DNA from: the human T2T-CHM13v2.0 reference genome, Homo sapiens
NCBI RefSeq assembly: GCF_009914755.1
Contig: NC_060941.1
Length of the DNA stretch: 64,000 nt
Strand: one strand, 5' to 3'
Of this stretch, positions 21,709 to 32,436 are shown in pieces. How positions within the stretch are numbered: the first letter of the stretch is position 1; each line of letters starts with the position of its first letter. The notes under the pieces were generated by a model. It saw only the letters and a list, made by a program, of their open reading frames with translations. It had not been told where the DNA came from and ran no database searches. The position numbers were made by a program, and so were the translations under genes.

Positions 21709-22804
21709 AAGTTACAAGTTGGCAGGCACAGCTTGAGCAACATAGAAAAGTAATCTTCTTGAGTTATACAATCATTTAAATTCCAAAGCACTCACAAAAT
21801 TGAGCAAACAAAGCCACTATTTGCATATTTGGGAAAGGAAACATATTGCTAATGGAAGCCACAGGACTGGTCAAAAATAAATGTTTTGTATTAAGTAGTA
21901 AAATAAATGGAGAATTCTACCCCAAAGCCTCCACCTCAGTGAAGACCTGCGGGTTATTGCAGCTGCAAGGGAAGCTACAGCACAGTCGTCTCAGAATAAA
22001 CAGCAGCCTGGAAAGCAGATGTATTCGCAGGTATCGAGGGCTCCTCCGACCCCAAATAGCCTCTGCTCTCCAGGACAGTTGAGAGCTACTCACAAGGAAG
22101 GGGTGCACAGTAGGGCCACCCTCTCGAGTTCCATAAAAGGGAGAGGTGGCTGGGTGGGGTCACCTCTTCCTTTCTGAGGACAGGTAAGGCCAACAGATGA
22201 AGGGGTCCCGCTGAGGAAGCAGGGGAGGGCGGGCTCGGACACAACGGTGGCGTCAGCCCCGAGAAGCAAGGGATGGCTTGCCCAGAGCCACCAGCTATGC
22301 ACCGGGAGACCACCTGGGGGACATGTGGCCACCATCCCCCACTCTCCTGATAGCCCCAACCAGGGGCAGCAGCCTCTGCCAGCACAGACCACTGTCTATG
22401 AAACATGAGAAGGCACAGCCTGGCAAAGATGTCCAGCAGGTGTGCGGCCACCTCTGCTCACACACACACTGTCGTTTCTCTTGCAGGGCTGGTCGGGAAT
22501 GTCACCAAAGAGGTTCCGATCTAGAGAAGCCTCAAAGCCTCTGTGTTGGGCGGTCTGTGGACACTGGTACCGGGAGAGCTCCTACCGTGACAGGCTCCCA
22601 GCGCAGCAGAGCCCACACAGAGAGCTCCCTCAGATCCAGACCGACAGCTCCCGGGAAGGGACGCCTTGTCTCCAGGAGGCTGCAGAACAAACCACGGTAG
22701 TCCTGACAGAGAGAAACGAGACCCGAATCTTCCCACTGCCACCCTCGGGTATGAGTCCAACCTAGGAACCCAATGCATGGCATCTCGATGCGGCTGGCAA
22801 GAAG

Positions 22805-23185
22805 TCACCCTTCTGCAAGTGACTGGGACACATGCCAGATATACACACAACCCACATCCCACACACACCCCACACATGCCCTTCTCCAAGTGACCAGAAC
22901 ACATGCCACAGATGCCAGGTGTACACACCCCACACCCAACACACACTACACACACCCCCTTATACACACGCATCCCACACACACCCCCTTATACACACGC
23001 ATCCCACACACACCCTTCTCCAAGTGACTAGGACACACACCACAGACGCGCCCACACCACACACACCACCCAACACACATGTGCCAGATACACAGCCCAC
23101 ATACATCATACACACACGCCACACCCCACCACACCCCTACACACATACACGGCACACACACCCCCACCTCACCCTTACACCCACC
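22805..23185. repeat. CA-rich degenerate tandem repeat in the USP36 3'UTR intron
   Basis: Three copies of CCCTTCTSCAAGTGAC...ACAC (about 22808, 22879, 23013), a near-exact ~29-bp tandem duplication at about 22950-23010, and (CA)n-like filler. Confidence 0.85.
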
Positions 23186-23219
23186 CCCTCGGAACCGACC
23201 TCCTTCCACAGGGGCACAG

Positions 23220-23351
23220 TCAGCGGCGATAGCTGAGGCTGGCAGCCTTTGCTGGGTGAGTCACAGACCAGAAGTTCCGTCGAGTCTGAAGTTTCTGGAA
23301 GGCGTTGAAGTTTCTCCTCTTCTCTCTCTTAAATTTTTTAATTTTCTTTTC
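23220..23351 (-). CDS. USP36: USP36 exon 20, last coding exon (EKKIKKFKREKRR...SLSYRR*), C-terminal basic nucleolar signal
   Basis: 132 nt to TGA (23222-23220). Coding exons sum to 3372 nt = 1123 aa + stop. The exon continues 20 nt to donor GAG|GTCGGT at 23199. Confidence 0.96.
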   Translation of the reverse strand, partial: EKKIKKFKREKRRNFNAFQKLQTRRNFWSVTHPAKAASLSYRR

Positions 23352-23707
23352 CTAGACCAAGAATCACAGGCATCACAGTTCCCAAAAACGGCTCTTTCCT
23401 GGCCCACGGGGCTCCATGCTGCATGCAGGTCCTGCACACAGGCCGGGCTCTCATGAGCTCTCTGGAGACCCACTCTTCACAATGACCCCTGTGCACGGCG
23501 ACCTGCAGTCCCCCTATTGACAAAGGGGCGGAAGCTGCGAGGATGCATGCCCTGTCCATGGCCACACGCCCGGACAGGCCTGGGCAGCCTGGCTCTTCTC
23601 ATGCTCGGCCGCTTCATGCCACTGCCGCCACCTCCAACTGCCCCGGCTCTGAGCTGAGCCACGCCGCCCTGCTCCCTCAAGCCTGTGGTCAGCATCACAC
23701 ATCATAC

Positions 23708-23823
23708 CTTCCCTCGGTCAAACTCTTCGTCCCAGTCATCAACCACGGTCTCAGTCCGGGCCTGTCTGCTGTCTTCAATAGCATCCTGACTGACCGCCGA
23801 CATCTTGCCATCCCAGGTCAGAA
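23708..23823 (-). CDS. USP36: USP36 exon 19 (VLTWDGKMSAV...DDWDEEFDRGK)
   Basis: 116 nt; ctggtag| ... AAG|GTATGA. Confidence 0.95.
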
Positions 23824-24466
23824 CTACCAGGCAGACACGGGGGTCAGCACGAGTGCAGGTTCCCAGGTCCCCTGTGGCTTCACTTCAAGAGTGTCATTTA
23901 CCAACTAGTCTACTCATAATTAGTCAACAATTTTGAGTGCCACCTTGTGGTGAAGAGAAGGACAAGAGGAGGACGGCTCGACGCCCATGTGTGGTCGGTC
24001 AGCATGGAACCCCCAGCGATGCCCTCTTAGCTAAACCCTAAACCACAGCCAAAGAGTTCAGTTCTTTCTAAACCCATGCCCTCGTCTGAGGAACAAAGAT
24101 GTCATGTTTGGTCTCGAAGTCTGAATAAAAACATGCTCTGAGCAAGAAGTGACATTACCCAGGTTGGAAGAGCTTCGTCACTCTGCCCCTTCCCTACCCA
24201 AGACACAGCATGTGTGGGGCTCCTCACCCTGCCCCAACCCTCAGAAGCAGCTGTTCTGGATCCTGCCACGGACAGAAGCCACCTTCGTGCCACGGCTGAG
24301 GGTTTAAAGAGGACTCCAGCCAGTGTTGAGATTCCTCTTCCCATTCTCAAAGCCGAGCGATGCCCGCCCGCCACACTCACAGTGCACCAGGATCCATTCC
24401 ACACCCTTCCCTCCTACAAAACCAACCAATGAAAGGCAAACAGAAGTCCTGTCTCCAAATCAGTAC

Positions 24467-24568
24467 CTTTTCTCCCGTAAGCTTTATCAGATGAGTATTT
24501 GAGCAGTTCCTGGACCACATCAGACTCCCGCTCTCCATTCCAAGACACAGGAGGGGCCTGGCTCAGCC
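24467..24568 (-). CDS. USP36: USP36 exon 18 (LSQAPPVSWNGERESDVVQELLKYSSDKAYGRK)
   Basis: 102 nt; attgcag| ... G|GTACTG. Confidence 0.95.
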
Positions 24569-24673
24569 CTGCAATCGGAGCAGCCAAGAAACATTTACAG
24601 ACGTTTAAAATAACCCACTGGGGAAGCAATCGCACACCTTAAATTATAAAACAACTTACAGTAAGTGGATGCT

Positions 24674-24710
<37 letters not shown>

Positions 24711-25762
24711 CAGGGTCTCACTATGTTTCCTAGGTTGGTCTCAAACTCCTTGGGACTCCCACTGGCCTCCCAAGGTGCTGGGATTACAGGCATGAGCCAT
24801 GGCGCCCAGCCTAAATGCTTATTTACTAATGCTTACATGCTTAATTTACTAATGACCTGACACAATAGAGAAGGCTGTTGTCCAAGTCAATTCATGAGAA
24901 AGAAAACATGGAAAATAACAAAAAGCTAAAAACCAAAAAAAAAAAAACCCTCCAAAACCCCTTTAACCAGTAGTGTTAAGTCCTCAGTCTGACAGAAGGA
25001 GAGAAGAGAACTAGATCTAAATGGAATCCACCTCACCTACGGGAGAGGCCCATGCCCCAGGACCAGCCTGACACCTGGATGGCCACAGGGGTGGAGGGAA
25101 CGGCCAAGCTTGGCTGCTGCCATCAGGGGCCCGACCTCCTAAGCCCTGTCCAGGGGGAACCTGGTCCCCATCAGCAACACCGCACAGGTCCACCCAGCAC
25201 CTCGGGACCAGGACAGCACTCACCACCCTCATCGGGTTCTAGAAACCCTTTCTGAACTCGTCCTCTGCCCAGCTAGCCACATAGCCCCTGGAATATACTC
25301 ACCTCCCTTCACACAAATCTGACCTCATTTCTCCCTGCCTCCAATTCCTCAGTGAGCTCCAGGCTAAGTGTCCCCTGCCCCCACACAGTGGCTTCCATGG
25401 TTCCCATCTCATCCACACAGCCCAGGGACCCGGCCATGCAGAGCAGCCTGCCTGCTCCCAACGTGCTGCGCCTCCTGCCCTTGGGTCTGGTGCCCTGCCC
25501 ATTTAGCCACTCTCCTCAGGTGCACAGGACTGCAAGAGCCCATGCGGCCCCCAGCGCCTCCTTGCTGAGCATGAGCCCTTACTGTGTGGTTCTGGCTCTG
25601 CCAGGGAGCCCCGAGGGCCCAGGGCGCACTTCAGTAGACACAACCAGCACCTGGCATGGACCCTGGCGCACCGCAAGTGCTCAAGTGATGTCCCTTGCAC
25701 TAACAAGCCAACTCCACTTCGCTCCGAGGGTGGCACGGAGCACAGCTCTGGTGCCATGTTAG

Positions 25763-26056
<294 letters not shown>

Positions 26057-26862
26057 TGAGCCACCACCCCCGGCCAGGGCAGTACTTCTGAGAGCATGCT
26101 GGCCAGCAAACTCAGTCGGCACTAGCTAGCACCCACGTTTTGCTATTTATTTCATACCATTTCATTTTTAACGATAAATTCCTTTCTTAAGAGTTGGATA
26201 AATACAAATCAGTCTCTAAGGTCCTGCTGACCCCCAGATGCACTGCCATAATCAGACCTTCCAGACTGCAGAGGAGGCCTCACTCAAGCTCGGCCCCCTA
26301 TACCAAGCAGCCAGGACTTTCTCTCCCCTTCACTTAACAAATGTGTTCTGTGGCGGGTGCCTGCCAAGGCATGCCCCAGCCAGCCCTAAAGAAAACAAAA
26401 CACCCTCCGATTGAGGGGTGGTGCCCAAGGACAGCCACAGCACACAGGTCCCCAACAGCAAGCAAACCGTGCTATGTTCTGAATGGCCCAGCTACATAGA
26501 GGGAGAGGAGGATTCACTTTTGAACCCAACTCTTCTAAATTCAACCATCACAGAAAAAAACTCAGGCTGGGAGTTCAGGGAGTCATTCCGTGAGAAGCTG
26601 TAGACAGAACAGCTTTGAATCGGAAGACCCACTGGCATTCACAGAATGTTTTAAAGTTCATGTGCACTGTAACCTCTCTCATGGGGCTGTTTCAGTCAAA
26701 TGCTGTGACACATGAGGAAGCTTCAACCCCATCACCCAAGGGAGCAGACTCGGGGGTGGGGGGTGAAGGTTGGTAGGGTCCCAGGGCCCTCCACATCTTC
26801 TCCCAGACCCTCCCAAGCTCAGATGCAGTAGACGCTGCTCTCAGCCTGTGCACTCCCCAATA

Positions 26863-27136
26863 CCCCCTCACCCGGTGCACACCCACGCGGTCCCCCACCC
26901 CCTTGCCCGGTGCACACCCACGCGGTCCCCCAACCCCTCGCCTGGTGCACACCCACGCGGTCCCCCACCCCCTCGCCCGGTGCACACCCACGCGGTCCAA
27001 CCCCTCGCCCAGTGCACGCCCATGCGGTCCCCCAACCCCTCGCCCGGTGCACACCCATGCGGTCCCCCAACCCCTCGCCCGGTGCACACCCATGCGGTTC
27101 CCACCCCCTCGCCCGGTGCATACCCATGCGGTCCCC
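26863..27136. repeat. GC-rich minisatellite, 8 copies of ~35 bp (CCCCTCGCCCGGTGCACACCCAYGCGGTCCCCCAM)
   Basis: Anchor GGTGCA (AGTGCA once) recurs at 26874, 26909, 26944, 26979, 27011, 27046, 27081 and 27115 (periods 35, 35, 35, 32, 35, 35, 34). Confidence 0.95.
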
Positions 27137-27335
27137 AGGACACCAGCCATTCGCGGATGGTGCGCAGCTGCTGGACTCGGGGACAACAGCATCTTGGGGC
27201 TTGGCACTCCTTGGGCATTTGAGATGCCCATCCTCTTCTACTGCCCGCTGTGTCTCCTGCTTTCTTTTTTTCTTTTTCTTTTTCCTTGGAGACTCTTCCA
27301 TGGCCTCTGGATCACCATCACCCATGGGAGAGCAG
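27124..27335 (-). CDS. USP36: USP36 exon 17 (SCSPMGDGDP...RKKKKKKRK...WCPGDRMG)
   Basis: 212 nt; ttccaagcag| ... G|GTATGC; the donor is the first unit of a VNTR. Confidence 0.94.
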
Positions 27336-27798
27336 CTGCTTGGAAGTGAGAGGCAGCAGTCAGCTCTGAGCAAATTGGAAGGGGAGCAGGAGCGCACAGA
27401 CACCCGCCTGCAACATGGAGAAGGTGCCACCCCAGCTGTGACCCAGTGCACGCAGGTCCCTGCAACATTCTTCCCCCCACACGCATTAGCGGACGCTCCA
27501 CACGCAGCCACGGAGACAGTAGAGGGAAAACCAGTCGCGTTTCCCATCCTAACTGAGCCAAGCCTGTTGACGCCAATGTGCAGGCTACTGTGACCTGATG
27601 AAACGGCAGATCCTGGCCTGGCCCGGGACACCTGATCCAGCATCCTTGAACGGCCCTGCACATACAATGATGGACACTACTGTCCACACCACTGTCGCTT
27701 CAAGGATCAATCCACTGGTATTTATCAGAGGAGATATTTTTTCTTTTTTCTTTTTTTTTAGACAGGGTTTAGCTGTCACCCAGGCTGTAGTGCAGTGA

Positions 27799-27918
<120 letters not shown>

Positions 27919-28184
27919 TAGAGAAAGGGCTTTTCCATATTGCCTAGGCTGGTCTCAAACTCCTGGGTTGAAGTGATCCACCCGCCTCAGCCTCCCAAAG
28001 TGCTAGGATTACAGGTGTGAGCCACCACACCCAGCCAGAGGAGACATCTGATCACAAATCCACATTTTAGAAAACCACGCAAGCAGACTACGTTTCCAGA
28101 CCATACCTACTTGGGGGTAGATTCTGTGGTTTTGCTTTGTTTCTCGTCAGAGGTAGACAGATGCCACTTTGCTCCTGCCCTTAC

Positions 28185-28778
28185 CTGTGCCGAAGTGGGT
28201 CCTGGTGCAGGCCGCCTTCTTCACCAAGACCTTCTGCTCCTTTCCTCCTCCGCTTCCTGCTGCTCGCGTGGTGGCCGTCCGTAACACATCCCACCTGCTG
28301 GCCATTCACCTGTGGCTGTGTGCCATCTTCCTGCCGTCTGACAGCGGGCAGCTGTGCCTGGCCCTCCCTCCTGTACATGGGGCTCCCAGGCTGTCTCTGT
28401 GTCTGCCCCTCCTGCAGGGCGCTGGCAGCTGTGTCCTCCGGGCGCTTCTTCTTCTTCCTCTTCCTCTTCCCGTGGGGAGCCGCAGTGGCCTCCCTGATGT
28501 GCTGTGGGAGGCGCGTCTCTGAGCCCAGCCTCTGCGGCTCTCCCACAAAGGTCTTTTTCCTCTTCTCAGAGGGGCTCTGGGGGGGCTCACTGGCCTCTGG
28601 CAACTGGTGTGGAAGAGACACAAGGTCCTCGTTGACCTGAGGCAGCGCCGTCGAGATGGAGGAGCAGCTCCGTGGTTCTGACGTCCCTGGGGGCTTGGGG
28701 GTACTGGACAGCAATGTGGGGTGGGGGCTGAAGGGGGGTTGCAGGCGGCTGGATGATTGGGGAGCAGGTGACACAGCC
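28185..28778 (-). CDS. USP36: USP36 exon 16 (AVSPAPQSSS...KRKRKKKKR...QDPLRH)
   Basis: 594 nt, phase 2-2; basic NLS-like stretches; ccccacag| ... AG|GTAAGG. Confidence 0.96.
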
Positions 28779-29311
28779 CTGTGGGGACAGCCAGGAAACA
28801 GGGAGAGGATGTTCTGAAAGACCCAGCAGAGCTGTTCCTTCTGTCTACCCTCACTCCCCTCCCTTTCACCTAAAAATCTGAAAAGGCTTTTACCCTGTAG
28901 TTTTCAGATACACATTAAGTTACATGTATGTTTGAAAGAAAGCTAACAATTAATTCAACATCTATTTAAATGCAAAGTTGGCCAGGTACAGTGGCTCATG
29001 CCTATAATTCCAGCACTTTGGGAAGCCAAGGTGGCTGGATCACCTGAGGTCAGAAGTTTGAGACCAGCCTAGCCAACATGGTGAAACCCCATCTCTACTA
29101 AAAATACAAAATTAGCCGGGCGTGGTGGCACACGCCTGTAATCTCAGCTAGTCAGGAGACTGAGGCAGGAGAATCGCTTGAACCTGGGAGGTGGAGGTTG
29201 CAGTGAGCCGAATCGCGCCACTGCACTCCAGCCTGGGCGACAAAGCAAGACTCCGTCTCAAAAAAAAAAAAAACCAAAAAAACAAAAACAAAAACAAAAA
29301 AAAAAAAACAA

Positions 29312-29410
29312 AGTTACCTAGGTGGTGGGTTGATAGGTGCAGCAAACCACCATGGCACCTCTGTAACAAACCTTTACATCCTGCACATGTACCCTGGAAC
29401 TTAAAATAAC
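29312..29410 (+). mobile_element. L1PA-type 3'-end fragment
   Basis: GGGTTGATAGGTGCAGCAAACCACCATGGCAC...GTAACAAACCT...CTGCACATGTACCCTGGAACTTAAAATAA is the primate L1 3' terminus. Confidence 0.8.
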
Positions 29411-29420
29411 TGATCCCTGA

Positions 29421-29458
<38 letters not shown>

Positions 29459-30955
29459 CCAACACGTGATTTTAAAAGTCAAAAAAAAAATTTTTTTTTT
29501 TTTAAAAGGCAAAGTTAATAAGAATTGTTCCATGCCTTAGTTTCTTGTCACCAAGCAATTCAAGTATTTTTGCGAGCTCTAATGTAAAAACATCTTTAAT
29601 ACAAATGTGTTAAGGGAGGAAACCTTCACGAAACAATAAATGGTAAGGAAAAAAAAGATCCCGTGAGGATTTATTTTCCAACCTCCGAAAGTCTCAGGGT
29701 GTTCCCGGGCAGGAAATGAGCCTCATAAGGAAAGCAAGTGTTGAGCTGGCCTAATGACACCTCCACATTACCGTCATTAGGACGCTGAAACCGGGACACA
29801 GATGCGTAGAGCAGAATCATGAGCAAGGCGTGTCCGGGACAGGATCTAGTGCCGAACCCAGTGAGGCTCCCTCTTGCCAGCTATGTGTCTCTAGGAAAAT
29901 TAACTTCCCACTCTGAACCACCATGTTCTCATTTGTCAATGAGCTGGGACCACAAAGCCCACCTCCCAGGGTTCCTGCAGAAAACAGGACCCCCGTCATC
30001 ATCTAAACAAACTATAAGGGCCATGCCAGCTGCACGATGTTTGATTACTCTAAGTGTCTTCTGGAATCTTTTCCAAAAAAGCTTATAAGGCAAGAAACGA
30101 AAAACACCCAAACACTTAAGGCCCTCCCACGTACACAAATCTTATGCTAGGTATAGGGCAGAGGTGTGCTTGTGTGTGTATATGTGAGAGGAGAGTAAGG
30201 CAGAGGCTGTGGGCGACGCACAGTCATACCTCGCCCTCATGTAGCACTGGAGATTCTAGAACTAGAACCCAGCGCCGAGGCCACCAGTACAGTCCCCGCA
30301 GGCCGCCTCATGACTCACCCCATCTTTCACTGCTTCCGTCCCCACTCCCAGCGGCTTCCAGACAGCCATTTACCAGTTACTCTCAACTTCCTGCCACTCG
30401 AGGCACCTAAGAGACGCAGGCAGCCCCTGCGGACCAGGGCCCACATGCACAGGGAAGGGGCTGCATCTCTGGCAGGTGTCTGCAGAGGAACCCGAGAGCC
30501 CTGAGACAGTTCTTAACCTGCATGACGCTAGCAGGCAAGACGTCCCACAAAAAACGCTCGGGACTCCGAGCTCACTCAAGCCTCTCGCCAAGGCCTCACT
30601 TCGCCTTTCTCTTCGACTGGGAAGTACTGTCATGGGGCTGGTAGGGATACAGGACAGGTCAGTCCCCAGCACACCACATCACCACAAGGATGTCGCAGAC
30701 AGACCACCAACAAAGACAGAACTAAGACATCAGGACTGCAGAGGCCGAACTGCCTTCACCACCCAAAGCTCCTTTACCACAGGGGAACACAGAAGAGGGG
30801 GATCTTGGTCAGTGACGCCCCCCTGTACCTCCTGGCTGCCCCAATGCTTTGTCTGTCCTGTGAGGTTGGCGATTCGTCCAACTCCTCACCAGCCAAGCAC
30901 ACGCAACCACAGGGAGAACCAGTTGGCACCCAGAAGATCCCGGCCCAAAGCTTAC

Positions 30956-31086
30956 CTGGCTCTATGGACGGGCCAAGTGGAGGCAACGACGGGGTGAGAG
31001 GTTTTCATGGGGTGGGTGAGGTCGGAGGATGGTGAGGGGGGAGGTGGACGGAGGTCATTGCCGGTCGCCCTCCACAGGGTGCTGGC
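30956..31086 (-). CDS. USP36: USP36 exon 15 (ASTLWRATGNDLRPPPP...VHRAR)
   Basis: 131 nt; ctgcag| ... AG|GTAAGC; keeps frame between exons 14 and 16. Confidence 0.93.
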
Positions 31087-31758
31087 CTGCAGTTATCGAC
31101 ATAAATAAAAACTTGGTGGTCTAAAAAAGGTTTCCGTGAGTGAAGAGGGAAAACAAAAGTAACAAAAAATGAAAATAAAAACAAAAGAGCCCAGAAAAAA
31201 AGATGAGGAGACAGAAGAAGACAAAAAGGGGAGGTGAGGGGCAGGGGAATGGTAGAAGAAGAACCAGAAAAGTATTTTTGGTTAGAAACAAAAAAAAGGA
31301 AGAAAATTTAAACAAAAATCTCAGCACAACAATCACATCCACGTGCCGTGGCTGCCCAAGCTTCCTGCTGCAGAGGTGCCGGGCACCCCACTGGGGCTCT
31401 GCGCTTCCTGCCCGCCCCACCCCTGCTAGGGACACGTGCTGGTGGGGCCCACCCTCCCTCGGGTTCAGTCAGGATCTTCCACCTACTGTGAAAACAGGGA
31501 ACTGCTACCTTGCCCAAACCTCCATGAGTCACATGAGCATCACCAGATCAGGGCTCTCTCAACACCCCATACTGCCTTCACCCCAAGATAGCCGTTCTTT
31601 AATTGCAAATGGCTGGGAACGACTAAAAGACACTTTGTTCCTCTAACATGAGGGAGGCCAAAGCCCCCGGACAATGTTCTCACTCCCTTCAAACCACAAC
31701 CAAGCAACTCTTGGAGCTCTCCTGATACACAGCAGCGGCGAGACCCCCACACACCCAC

Positions 31759-32436
31759 CTTCTTGGCAGAAAGGGCCAGTTTTTTGGCTGGTGGAGGAGA
31801 CATGGTGCTTGCAGGCTCAGTGGTGGTGTTGCTCAGGACAGGGGACTTCAGCTTCACCGTCTTAGAATCTGCTCCACTTGGCGGCGTTTTGGAGTGGCCA
31901 GCGGTGGAACAGTTCGTTTCCTGAGAATCGCAGAGATGGGCCGCTCCACTCCTGGGGGTCTGGGGGGCCTTGGTGGAGTCGCTGCTGGCCGAGTGCTCTG
32001 GGCTGGAGCTGCTGGAGCCCCTCCTGTCGAGGCCAGCGCTCTCGTCGTTCCCCTTCAGCCCATGCCCGTTGGCAGTGGCTGTAGCCAGGAGCTTAGGTGA
32101 GGTAGAGAGGACAACATCCCTGCTGTCCCAGGAGCCCTGCCTTTGGCTCCCAGATCTGCTGCTATTCGAGTTGCTGGTCCCAGGCAGCCCCTGAGCAGTT
32201 CTGGGGGAAAAGTGCTGTGGAGGAGCTGGCTTCTTCACCTTCTTTCCAGGGTCGTCTAGGATGGTTGGCATGTGTGTGGGTGTCTGGGAGAGTTTGGGGG
32301 AAGGGGACCCCGAGGGCAGCTTTGGAGGAATGCAGCCGTTCTGGGACTTCAGGCCCAGGGTGGAGCCATTCCTGGATATGGGCACACCAATCTCTTCAGT
32401 GGTGTGCGGCTTCTTCATCGTCCCAGAGTCTTGTCG
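31759..32436 (-). CDS. USP36: USP36 exon 14 (RQDSGTMKKPHT...LALSAKK), Ser/Pro-rich low-complexity region
   Basis: 678 nt open frame; ccttag| ... AAG|GTGGGT. Confidence 0.96.

Larger units (their letters stand above)
20450..22679 (-). other. USP36: USP36 exon 21 (3'UTR terminal exon)
   Basis: Acceptor gtggtttgttctgcag| at 22680; Alu-free unique sequence down to AATAAA at 20474-20469 and a GU/U-rich downstream element. The 3' end is approximate. Confidence 0.75.

Noticed and set aside
26863-27136. 35-bp periodic repeat resembling a CRISPR array
   Set aside because: Head-to-tail units with no unique spacers, in human DNA with no cas genes; it is a minisatellite.
29481-29503. A10-T13 quasi-palindrome after an L1 tail
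   Set aside because: Low-complexity retroelement tail debris with no further structure.
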